DNA of 63,997 nt, counting the filler, from Stramenopiles sp. TOSAG23-6 (lineage: Eukaryota), in NCBI GenBank assembly GCA_900128565.1. It is 13 parts of 13 records of this genome, joined end to end, with 100 filler letters (N's around TTAATTAATTAA, not from the genome) between each part and the next. Parts side by side here need not be neighbours in the genome. Positions count along the whole stretch, not along the records: positions 9,928 to 14,787 come from LT637033.1; positions 14,888 to 19,741 come from LT637034.1; positions 19,842 to 24,694 come from LT637035.1; 10 more parts are not named here. One strand, 5' to 3'. Below, piece after piece: positions 9,973-21,717 of the stretch. Numbering within the stretch: the stretch's first letter is position 1; the number at the start of each line of letters is the position of its first letter. The notes under the pieces are model-generated. The model was not told the DNA's origin, did not search any database, and was given only the letters and a program-made list of their open reading frames with translations. A program made the translations under genes and the position numbers.

Positions 9973-11704
9973 GGGTTTTACATCCACCGAAGTTGAATTT
10001 TTAGTTAGAGAATCTGATACTGATGGTGATGGATCCGTTAACTTTTATGAATTTGCTCCCCTATGTTATGACATGCTTGTAGAGGTTATTGCAAAACAAT
10101 TACCAGATGAAGAAGAAGAAAGAATAGCAAATCAAAAGTTGATGGATGCGAATAAAAAAAAACTTGCCAAATTACTACAAAAACGATATCGAGGATATCT
10201 AGGTCGCCAAAAATCAAAGCAGCGCCGAGCATATCTAAATCGTGACTATAAAAAAAACGACAAAGTTGAAGTTTTATACGTATCAAATGGGTTTTGGTAT
10301 CCTGCCACTGTAGTTAAAAGGTACGCGGGTGGTTTAGATTCTTTTGGAAATTCTAGACTAGTGAACTCTTATAAAGTTCGTTGGTTGGTTGATAATTCCA
10401 TAGATGATAATATACCGCGTCGTAGAATGCGTGAAGGTAATGAACGACATTGGATTCTACATGAACGTTTGAAAGAGAAAGCTCGGATTGAGGCTAAAAT
10501 GGAACAGTTACGAATGGAAGTAGATAGAAAAAAGAAACGGAAAGAAGAACAATTAAAAATGATAGAAAGTTTTTGGGAAGCTGGATTCTCTGGCCCTCTT
10601 TTCCAAGTACAATACTCTGGCGAAACAGATGGGAAAACTGGTATTAGACACGGTGTAGGTAAAATAACTTGGCCAAATGGGGATATTTATGAAGGGGAAT
10701 TCAATAATGGCCTAAGACATGGCAATGGGACAATGTCGGGAAGAAAAGAAGGATCTCGCGAGGGATATATTTACAGAGGTCAATGGAGGAATAGTTTAAA
10801 ACATGGATTGGGTAGAGATGTACGTTTTTATCACTTATTCCAAATGTATTACTTACATGTATTGTTTAAGAATGTATCATTTAAATGTATCATTTAAATG
10901 TATCATTTAAATGTATCATTTAAATGTATCATTTAAAAATGTATTGCTTTACATTGTTCAAATTTTGTAATGGTATAATAACTTAACACCATTTTTGTGA
11001 CATATATGTTTTACTCAATATGAGTATGGTTCATGTGGATTTTATGAAGGTAAATTTTGTGATGGATTATATTCAGGGAAAGGCACACTGGTAACAACAA
11101 GTGGGGTCTATCAAGGACATTTTGTAAAAGGACAAAAAGAAGGCAAAGGAAGAATGAAATGGACATCTGGTGCATCATATGATGGTATGTGGCATAATGA
11201 TAAATTGCATGGCAGAGGACAATATATAGGGCGTAATCCAAGTACGTCTTTCATCATGAATTTCAAGTTTTAATTTCAAAAATAACCCTAATTTCTAAAA
11301 AAATTCTAAACAATTTGAATTTCTATTTTTTCACAATATATACACAACAAAGCAATATGATGGATTTTGGGAATGTGGTATTCGTTGCGGAACTGGTACT
11401 CAGGTGTATGGTAATACTATCGATCAACAAACATTTGTATTGAAAGAAGTGCTCAAGAACAAAAAAGATGTTATCCCTTTAAAATATCAAGGTGACTGGG
11501 TAGATGGTCAATGGCATGGTATGTACGTTTTCATCATTATTTTTTTTTTAAAGTTGTTTAAAAATGTTTTGTACCTAACGTTCTTTTTACTGAAAAACGA
11601 TAAAACGATCACAATACAGTGGTATTATTACACATATAGTTAATATGAAAAAGACTTCTAGACGGGGAGAATTTAGGTTAGGCAAATTGCACCATTGGAT
11701 GTAG
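9973..11704 (+). CDS. EF-hand + IQ + Tudor-like + MORN-repeat protein, 5'-truncated. Introns 10820-11021 (GT-AT), 11242-11341 (GT-AT), 11523-11619 (GT-AG)
   Basis: DTDGDGSVNFYEF; LQKRYRGYLGR; repeated YEGEF..G.RHG.G continuing across the joins. Confidence 0.8.
10871..10936 (+). repeat. Intronic 13-bp tandem repeat (AATGTATCATTTA), about 5 copies
   Basis: Directly visible. Confidence 0.85.
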
Positions 11705-12069
11705 ACAAAACATTTCATATAAAAAGTATTAATGAAATGAGGCTTCAATTTTCAATTTTCAATTTGTTTTCGTACGAAATTTTGTAGCTAATCAAAAAAA
11801 ACAAAAAAAACAAAATTATTTGCAATAAAAAAACTCAAAACAATTTAATTAATTTTGAAATTTATATAATAATTTATGTTTTTGTTTACAAAACAAATCC
11901 TGATATGTTATGTATATACCCGACTCTTTAGTTTGACAACATGGGATGCGTACTATAAGGGTAAGATTTTTTATATGAGATTTTTTATATGAGATTTTTT
12001 ATATTTTTTTTTTGTTGATGGAGAATTTGTCCTAACAAAAAAACTGTTTACAAAAAAAAAATTTAGATC

Positions 12070-13094
12070 TTACTCATCCAAAAAAATACCAGCCATGACA
12101 TCTCCCCATGCTCGTCTTTGAACATCACGAGCATTCCAACCACCCGCGGCTTTTGCGTGTTGTCTTTTCTTTCGTGCCCTACTAGTTTCCTCACCTGTCC
12201 CTATAACGTAAAAAAATATTTCAAAAAAAAATATTGTTTGTTAGGTACAAAATTTCGTACGAAAAAAAAAATTTTAAAAATTGTCAGTAACAAAAACGTA
12301 CATGCGTTGCGATTTCGTCTACTTCGAAATGAATGCATCAGAGGTACAGGTTGTGCTGTTCTCATGGCCCCATGAAATGGTTGATTTGTGTTTTGCGAAT
12401 TTAATCCTAAAAGAGCACCAGATGCAACATCAGCACCACCAGTTGACTGAACAGTTGATTGAGTTACGGATTCATTTACTATTGGGAGCGGTGCTATTTC
12501 TTCAGCATAGGATTCGACAATTCTAGATCTATGGCGGCTTCTACGCTCACGACGATGTTGTTTCTTTGATAGGAGAGACTCCTTTTCTATACGATTGGAT
12601 TCTTCACGTTTTTTCTTTTCAAGTTCAGTGGCTTGTCTCTCTCCCTGTGCTTTTTTAGAACTATTTAAGTCAATTTCGTCACGATGCTTTCTTCGGTATC
12701 GTTCTACTTCACGTTTTGTCGCATCTTCATCTACATGGAAAGCCAACTTATGCACAATCTCCTCTCGTGTTTCCAAATAATCATTAAATGCTCGAAGTGT
12801 TTCAAAGTCTGTCTCTGTTTTGTTGTACGATGCTAAAATACTCTGACGGATTTTGAATATTCGATCACAGTCCATTTGTGACTTTGTCTTTGTACTAAGC
12901 CCCGCTTTTGTAATAATTTTATTACATACTGGACATGGTACAGAAGACCGGCCCGTGAATATACGATTAATACATGTTCCACAAAAACAATGGCCACACT
13001 GCGATATAAGAAAACGGACAGTTCTGTCAAAATAACTAACATTTCGATTCTGACACTTCTGGCAAACTGCTGAACTTGAAGTATTTCCTCGCAT
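12070..13094 (-). CDS. MNAT1: CAK/TFIIH assembly factor MAT1; GT-AG intron 12201-12301
   Basis: RING CGHCFCGTC..CPVC; FNDYLETREEIV; the last exon gives AAGG..RRAW. Confidence 0.9.
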
Positions 13095-13435
13095 AGTCCA
13101 CTGCAGGCTTGATCTATAATACAAAACCTAATAAAATGTTTATAATAGTCTAGTTTCGACGCAATAAATTCAATCGCCTAGTTTACAATGATCACTTAGA
13201 ATTTTTGTTTGGCTTCTTGATCAATAGTATATATGCCACCAAGCAATCTTACACACCTGTAGATTCTTCTTATTCCAATTTCTGACCGTCGCAAAATTGT
13301 GACACGTGTCAAGCCAAGTTTGCATTTTTATTGATTATGGTATGAATTTCTGAATTTCTGTGGTCATTTTGTGTCTTCTCGAGTTCAGTCGTCAGCGCAA
13401 CTTCAGCGTATTATTTATGATAATTTATTTCAAAA

Positions 13436-14695
13436 ATGGAAAACTCAAGGGCCATGATGCTCTTGCCCGATGGGCGCAACGTAAATCTCGCTACACATGA
13501 GGGAGCAACTGCACTTGTGGAAGCGGTTCCATCATTCATTGAAGTCAATTGTAATTGTATTCTCAACGGAGAAGAAGCGAATATGAATATTAAAATGTTG
13601 TTTCAAAACTTTTATTGTCTCGCTTCAGCGTTGACACCGTCAGACTTCGCGTCCATACCAAACCAGGGAAAACGTGCATTTGCTAAACTAGTTAAGAAGC
13701 GATTTAGTGTTATTCACACACAACGTAAATGGAAACGCAAGGGACTGTTAAGTCCAGCTGATGAATCATTATTCGCGTGTCTAACTCCTTGGATGAAGGA
13801 CGTCGAATTCATTGATATGTTACTGGAGGGTGAAGTATTTTCAATAGTGTCAAAATTGTCCACAGAATGTCCGTCGAAAAAAGGACTTTCATTAGAATTT
13901 TGTTTGAGTTTGGTCTGCATGACAAGGAACTTAGTTGTTGCATTGCGACCTAATCCGAGAAAATACAAAGCATTTTTTCGGTGTGGTTTACTTGAGCAGA
14001 TTTTAAAACTCTGTTTACATCATAATAGCGACGTATACGGTAGATGTAACGAGACGCTCGATCTTTTGATAGAAGTGGAAGGGGGTCTTCGCATACTTTC
14101 GAAATATTTCAAGGAAGATTCGGCTCTGTACAAACAACTTGTGCTCTCTCACACAACAGCTTTTCATTTTATGTCAGGCCATCCATCAAAGTCCAGGTTG
14201 ATGAATATAATGTCAAAGTTAAAAGCAATGAAGTTAGTTGGAAAGGGAAAGGGTGCTATGGTTTTGGCTAAAGTGTGTCGATATTGTTCTAAGCCGGATC
14301 ATACAGATGATGGTACACGAATTCTTAAATTGTTGGCTTGTAGTAGATGTCAAGACACTTTTTATTGCTCAAAGGAATGCCAACGAGCTGATTGGAAGGC
14401 TGGCCACAAAAAGATATGCAACACTAGTGGAAAAAAAGATAAACGTCAAGTAGATAAAAAATCTCTAATGATGGGAATGTTGCGAATCCGGTTTGGAGAT
14501 ATCCACGCTTTGCTTTGGAAGAAGTATAAAAGCATAAGAGATGGTATCCCATATGAGGATTTAGTTTTATTTGTTGATTTTACAAAAATGACAGATGGTA
14601 AATGCCACATTGAAGTTTTGACGTATAGTGATTGCATAAATGATACAGGTGATGCTTATCCTGTATTCACTGAAATATTCTATCGAAACACTCAT
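13436..14695 (+). CDS. MYND zinc-finger protein, 3'-truncated at an intron
   Basis: CRYC ... CSRCQDTFYCSKECQRADWKAGHKKIC. Confidence 0.85.
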
Positions 14696-14949
14696 GTATG
14701 TTTTATTATTTTTTTTCCGGTAAAAAAAAATTGAATTTTTTTTATAGGAAATTTTGTACCTAACAAATTTTTTTAGATTTTTTTTGANNNNNNNNNNNNN
14801 NNNNNNNNNNNNNNNNNNNNNNNNNNNNNNNTTAATTAATTAANNNNNNNNNNNNNNNNNNNNNNNNNNNNNNNNNNNNNNNNNNNNTATTTCGTACGAA
14901 ATTTTGTACCTAACGATTTTTTTTTTTGAAATATTTTCCTAAAATATAT

Positions 14950-15783
14950 GTACGAATGATTCAAATAAATGAAAGTAATCATAGTGAAGAGTATTGTGGT
15001 TTACCTGGTATAATAATATTTGGAGGGCGTGGTAGAAAATATATGTTTAATGACATATTCATTTTACATTGCTGGTATCACTATACCCTTCGTGAAGAAG
15101 AAGAAGTTAAATCAATATCATGGAATTATAAATGGGAAGAAATTATGGTAAAAGGCATAAAACCATCTGCTCGCGATGGGCATACTGCTACAGCATTGAG
15201 TCATCCTCTTACACAGTCCAAAGATACACTTAGATGTAATAGTTTTAGAATGCTTGTTTTTGGAGGTAGCTCAGGGGATTCTGCGAGTGAAAAATTGAAT
15301 GATGTTTGGATTCTTGAATGCAACAAAGTAGTCGATAAAAGTATGACTCAGAGAGAAAATAAAAGTAATTGGAATTGGCATAAACTAGTTACCACAGGTA
15401 GAGCACCATCACCGAGATGTCATCATACTGCTGTCTCTATTAGTTGGGCAGTTTTGATTTATGGAGGCAGACAAAACAAACAAAAATGTGACAGTCCATC
15501 TATATTAAATGATGTTCATTTACTAGATATTGAATTAGGAATTTGGTCAATGCCCAGAGTTACTGGGCTAATTCCACCAGCTAGGGCATGGCATAGTTTA
15601 TGCCACATATCTTTAGACTATGATCATATCAATGATGTAGGAATCAAAAAAATATCTGTGCAACAATCAGAACAAGTCAAAAAAGAAAAACTTCAAGGAG
15701 ACGCAATCATTGTTTTTGGCGGAGGTAGTGTTCAAGGGCCTCTGAATGATGTTGCTATTTTGACATCTACATTGAGTATATGA
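14950..15783 (+). CDS. Kelch-repeat protein, last exon
   Basis: Repeated PSARDGH/PSPRCHH/PPARAWH and IFGG motifs. Confidence 0.85.
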   Translation, partial: VRMIQINESNHSEEYCGLPGIIIFGGRGRKYMFNDIFILHCWYHYTLREEEEVKSISWNYKWEEIMVKGIKPSARDGHTATALSHPLTQSKDTLRCNSFRMLVFGGSSGDSASEKLNDVWILECNKVVDKSMTQRENKSNWNWHKLVTTGRAPSPRCHHTAVSISWAVLIYGGRQNKQKCDSPSILNDVHLLDIELGIWSMPRVTGLIPPARAWHSLCHISLDYDHINDVGIKKISVQQSEQVKKEKLQGDAIIVFGGGSVQGPLNDVAILTSTLSI

Positions 15784-15846
15784 TGCATGATATAAGGAAA
15801 TAAATATCTTTTTTATAATTTTAATAATTTATCAATGAATCGCANA

Positions 15847-16667
15847 TCACAATTTTGCTCTATTCANAGATGAAGATTCTCGGTTCAATCCAAATCTATT
15901 AATATATTCAATATACTTCGGATGTGTAACTACTTCTTTTGTGACTACTCCGTAGAATTCAATTGGTGGGTATAATTTTCTCAGTGGTTTATTAAACCCC
16001 CTCTTTTTTTTCTTTTGTTTACTATCTTTGATATAGCTACATATATCATTTTGGAATTTACCTGAGAAATTCATATCTAATTGTTTATATATACGTTTTA
16101 CCTCTGCAATTGGATTCTTTTCTAGATTAGAGTAATACGTAACAGCTACTTTATTGTCATGATTTTCACTATTAGGCTTATCACTATCACAACTGTCTGG
16201 ACTGTAAGCAGCTCTGTGTTTCATTAAAAAATATATTTGTTGGGTCATACATAATCTATATACTTTCCACCAATCGTCATGTCTAACACCAGAACTACCC
16301 GCAACGTATTTAGATACTTCAGCAAATGTAAAGAAAGCAGACTCTAACGCATCGATTGGCGATCTAACACTAAGTATTAGTTGACTAGTAGGAAAAACGG
16401 CACGAAAATCTGTGATACATGTACTTGACTGTGGGCATTTTAATATTAAATGACCGGGGCTAAACAAACCACTACAAGCTTTTTTTTTTGAATCAGAAAC
16501 TTTTAAAACTCTATGAGGATTCCGCCATAATAATAACTGCAAAACCTTCTTATAATTTATGAATTGTTGACGCATACTATTGTTCAATAGAAAAGATGCC
16601 CAGTTAGGCATCATTCCACGAAGTCCATGACCCATAAAATTTGTACAATCTATAAACCCCCAAACAC
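15847..16667 (-). CDS. Sulfotransferase-family protein, C-terminal exon
   Basis: YKKVLQLL, LILKCP, VRSPIDALES, YSNLEKNPIAEVKRIY. Confidence 0.7.
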
Positions 16668-16758
16668 ATGTATTTTGGAAAAATATTTGAAAAAAAAACC
16701 GTTAGGTATAAAATTTCGTACGAAAAAAAAATCGAATTTGAAAAAAAATAAAACATAC

Positions 16759-17457
16759 ATTCCTCCTAAAAAACTTGTAAANACTGGGAAGACNGANAGA
16801 AAATATAACTGATAGTTCATTGCTCNTGTGGTCATGAAAGACGTTAAACAAAAATGTATTTNGAAANCATATNTTTTTTTAAATTTTTTGTTAGGTACAA
16901 AATTTTCATACAAAAAAAAAAAAAAAAAAACCCTAACCCTAGTAACCCACATTTGTAAACCAAGTCCCATTCACTTGACCAAAAAAAGTATTCGAATCAT
17001 TATCTTTCATTACCAAGAGAAAACCTGCAGTAAAACTACATGAACATATTATAACTCCATAAATCCAATTACGACGAGTGACGTTACCAAAAGGCGTTCG
17101 TAGATTGATGAATAAGTCGACAGCAATTGCCGTAAGACAACAGGATGAGCCAGTCAGACAAAACTGTGTAAAGAAACTGGCCAATTTACCCTCAGGGCCA
17201 CTGCAATAACATACATCATCTTTAAGTTCCGTGTTTATCACACTCAAGTTAAAGCCAATATCATAGCACGCTTTAAGNAACAGAAGTGGGTTTGGNTGTC
17301 GACGAAANGAAGGTCTAAGCATATAGGTTAATATAACAAACAAAGCACAAAAGCAAGATATTGTATTTCCAGTCACTGTAATCCTAACCATTGAAAGAGT
17401 ATTGAATACCAAGTATGTGTCTTTGTATTCATCATTTGTGCAGTGTAATAGATCCAT
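16759..17457 (-). CDS. GPCR-like 7TM receptor, N-terminal ~5 helices (GT-AT intron 16854-16950)
   Basis: Multiple TM segments; ISCFCALFVILTY, FFTQF, AVDLFINLRTPF. Confidence 0.65.
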
Positions 17458-17879
17458 GCTTTCAAGAGAAAAATGCTGATACTCTAGCTAGAAATTTAAG
17501 AATGAATTGAATTGCGTATGAAATTCTATGACTGGATGACGATGACAATTTAAATTGAATTGAAATTTTGACAAATTGAATTTGATTGATTGATGTCTCA
17601 TAATTTGGGCAAGAAACTCAGAAATTTCCGTTTCAAAAGTGAAGGTAGTCCAGTAGTCAACACATCAACAGAGACAACGCCACACACTCGCTACTAGCTA
17701 GATATAGGGTACAATATAGTGGCACTTACTATATATAGTTATACAATCACAATTATTNAGTAAGTAGATTAGATATTTGTTTCTTTACACAAAGTAGTAG
17801 ATTTGAAGTTGTCTATTACATCCTATAATTGACGGATATCGAAAGATTGACGTGAAACGTAAAAAAAAAGAATAAAAGC

Positions 17880-18461
17880 ATGTTTGTATTCGTTCAATAC
17901 GGTGCAGACCAAAAGCAAATATTCAATGCCGCTGTGCGAAATGCGCAACTGATGTCATATGTAGGTGAAATTTGTGTCCGCAATATGGAGGGCTATATTC
18001 GTACTCGGAAAAATGAGCTTGTTAGAGAAGGAGAAGAGGCGGCAGCNAGTGTTAATTATAACACTGATATGTTAGAGATGTTAGAAAAGGTAATTTCAAG
18101 TGTAGAAGCTGGAGAGCAAGAGCTTAACTCAGAAGCTCTTGAAAAAAAGAAATCAGAGGTGGCTGATNTAAAAGCCAAAAGTGAGATCTTACAAAAGACA
18201 AAAGAAAAATGTTCTGCTCAAATTGAAGCNCTTAATGTAGCAAAAGCGACGACAGCTGCACTATTGTCAAATATTACTAACGAGACATTNGAACTTTTAT
18301 CGATGGATTCGGAAGGGAAGAATCTCAATCTTAATAGAAAACCTACTACTAAAGCATCCGAGATACTTGTCCAGGGCGAAACGTATCAGTTGGCGCGNCG
18401 AAGAGGAGGAACAGGTGAAGACAAAGAAGAAATCACAAAAGTTGAAATAATTTTGCCATAA
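17880..18461 (+). CDS. Coiled-coil protein; N-terminus resembles the C22orf15/CXorf65-like family
   Basis: 193-aa ORF; MFVFVQYG....FN. Confidence 0.5.
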   Translation: MFVFVQYGADQKQIFNAAVRNAQLMSYVGEICVRNMEGYIRTRKNELVREGEEAAXSVNYNTDMLEMLEKVISSVEAGEQELNSEALEKKKSEVADXKAKSEILQKTKEKCSAQIEXLNVAKATTAALLSNITNETXELLSMDSEGKNLNLNRKPTTKASEILVQGETYQLAXRRGGTGEDKEEITKVEIILP

Positions 18462-18962
18462 TTTGATTTGAAGTATTCGTCACGTTATATTTTTCTGAAA
18501 TTAATTTATATAAATCGTTATTCTTCACAGCACGTTTACTAATTTCTACATTCTCAAGCTATGCATATATACTTTTACTGTTTTCTAATAATGTTCTAAT
18601 CAAACATGTTTTTAATTATTATATATATATAAATGAGTTGCTTGTAAAAAAATACCCACTGTAAAAGCAAGAAGTATTTATGAATAATAAATACTGGACG
18701 TCTTGTGAGATTCACAAATCACAACCAGCAGAATTTTATCTGAATTTAATTTCAATATTGAATTTATTATTTTTGATTTAGAATGTAGAATTTATTTCAA
18801 TTTATTTTTGTCATTTTTTTTCATTGATTTTCGTTATTACCAGGTACCCTTTTTTTTGACTCGCGCAAAAATCCGCAAAAATCTATCAAAAAAATTAAAT
18901 GAAAATTTCTCGAAAGAAAAACACGGAACAACACACGCACAAAACTTTCGACGAATAAAATA

Positions 18963-19741
18963 ATGCAACAAGAAATACCCAATGATTTACTATGCCCTAT
19001 AACACAAGACTTATTCAAAGATCCTGTGTTTGCTGCGGATGGTCACACGTATGAACGAACTGCAATTGTGCAACACTTTCGTACAAAAAATACGTCGCCT
19101 CTAACAAATGAAGTGTTGGATCATTTAAATCTTGTGCCAAACTATCTTTGTAAATCGCGATGTTTGGAATTTAAACAACGACAAGATAAAAAAACCATTG
19201 ATATAGATTCATTGTTATGGAAATGCTTTCAAGCGAAAAATTCAGCGGACATTATGAAGGCAATCACACAAATGATTGAGTTGGTCACAGAGTCTGATTC
19301 ATGCATTCTTCAAATGTCACGTCTCAAGAAATTAATACCTATAGACAAGGTAACCAAAGAAGTCGAATCTGCATTGGATACGCTACAAATGATGTGCAAA
19401 GCAAAAAATGATAAAGGATTTCAAAAANTNANTAAAATAAGAGAAATGAGAAAAGTCAATGAAGAATCCGTTGTTGCTTTGGAAAATGAGATTGATGAAG
19501 AAGTCAAAGTAGCAAAGGCTGCATTTGAAAAGGCAAAGAAGAAATTACCAGCAGCAAAGAAACGATTCAAAGATGCAAAAGCGAAAAGATCAGCGCAAAG
19601 TAATTTGAATCGGATAGAGAGTGCAATTTCAGAAACAAAGAAGAAATATGACGAAATTGTTCAAGCACAAATGGAGAAGATTGATTGTTTGAATGGTTTT
19701 AAAAAGTTGACAAAATCATTTATAGAAGAGGAGACAAAACT
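18963..19741 (+). CDS. U-box protein with coiled coil, 3'-truncated
   Basis: LLCPITQDLFKDPVFAADGHTYER ... SPLTNE. Confidence 0.9.
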
Positions 19742-19912
19742 NNNNNNNNNNNNNNNNNNNNNNNNNNNNNNNNNNNNNNNNNNNNTTAATTAATTAANNN
19801 NNNNNNNNNNNNNNNNNNNNNNNNNNNNNNNNNNNNNNNNNCATTTTCATTATGAATATTGTACCAATTTTGAAATTATTTTTTTTTTTTTTTTTTAAAA
19901 AAAATTTTTAAC

Positions 19913-19946
<34 letters not shown>

Positions 19947-19961
19947 TTTTTCACAATATAT

Positions 19962-21494
19962 AATAGCAACAAGTAATCGCCCCCCAAATGATTTATATTT
20001 AGATGGTTTAAATAGAGAATATTTTTTACCTTTTATTCAAACTTTACAATCACATTGTAAATTATATGACATGAATGAAATGAAAAATATAAAAATGATG
20101 GAAAAAACAGACCCTAACCCTAACCCTAACCCTAATCAAACAACTTTCAAAAAAAATAAAACAATGAAAAAAATTGATCATAGGAGACTTTCTACTGCTT
20201 TTAGTGATACGAATGAAACTTCATTATATAGATTTCCATTATCTAAAAAAACATCAATTGAATTTTATGATTTTTTAAATCGTAATTATGTAAAAAATTT
20301 GTATGTTTTTTTTTATATTTTCAATTTTTTTTTTTGGTTTTCATACGAAATTTTGTACCTAACAATAATTTTTTATTATCCAAAAAAAAAAAAAAAATAT
20401 TTTTAACAAAATATAAAATTTACAAAAATGAGTATACCAACCATCTTTGGTAGACATGTTACTATTGAAAATGGCTGTATTGATGGTGGAATTTGTTATT
20501 TTAGTTTTGAAGAAATTTGTGGGTACTCTAGTGATAAGAATGCCACGTGTTATCGTGCGATTTGTGAGCATGTTTGTTCTCATCATTTAATTTTTTTTGA
20601 AATGTTCAGAATTTTCAAAAAAAAAATTTTTTTTTTTTTTGAAATTTAAATTGTATACAAAATTGTATAGTAATACCTAACAAAAAAAAAATAGAATTTG
20701 ATATATTTTTTTACTCTACATTTCAATATAATTGCAATTGATGGAATACCAATATTAAATGCATTACCATCATGGGTCGTTCCATCAAGTGGTGGTCATA
20801 ACGCAGCTAGGAGATTTATTACAATGATTGATCAATGTACGTTTTTATTTTTTTTTCAATTTTTTATCGAAAAATTTTTTCATACGAAATTTTGTACCTA
20901 ACGAATTAAAATTTTTTTTTTTCACAATAAATGTTATGAAAGAGGAAATTTGTTATTATGTACTGCTAATGCAAAACCTGATGAATTGTTTATTTCAGAT
21001 GCAGCTATTAGTGCAACACCAAGTCCAATGGTGACTGATATTGATTATAATCCTTTAATGGAAACTGAAAGAAAGGATTTTATGAGTACAAATAAAAAAA
21101 ATAAAAACAATAAAAAAAATGAAAAAAATGAAAAAAATAAAAAAAATGAAAAAAATGAAAAAAATGAAAAAAATACTACAAATGACACAAACAATAATAT
21201 AGACCCATCACAAAGTGTACTAAATAATGATTCTAGAAATATTGCATCAGTAAAAGAATTAGAATTTGCTTTTCAAAGAGCTGTACGTTTTTCATATGAT
21301 GAATTTCGAATTTATTTTTTTATATCATGAATTTCGAATTTATTTTTTTCATAAATTTTTTTTTTGTATTTCACATTTTTTTTTGACCAATTTCAAATGT
21401 AAAATATTTCTTCACAATACACACATCTCGTTTAATTGAAATGAATAGTACAACGTATGTAGAAAAATGGAAAGAAAAATATAGAAATGAATAA
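19962..21494 (+). CDS. AFG1: AFG1/ZapE ATPase, C-terminal part. Introns 20301-20414, 20572-20721, 20837-20932 (GT-AT) and 21283-21422 (GT-AC)
   Basis: IATSNRPPNDLY, FLPFI, ARRFITMIDQCYE and FAFQRATSRLIEM are restored. Confidence 0.88.
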
Positions 21495-21717
21495 ATTTAA
21501 AATTTAAAATTTCGTGTACTCTTCAAGAGAGAAGTAGAGCAAAAACTGAACAAGCAGTTTTGTTCCGAAATATTGTCAGCTGATCAAGGAGCTGATCAGG
21601 TAGATTCCTCTACCTTAGGTACCGAACACAAGTGGAATAATCGCGTAAGACTTGCGCATTGCGCAATCTGCGCACTAAAAGTAGAAGGCTAAGTAAGTAT
21701 TCATTAACACGACTCAA

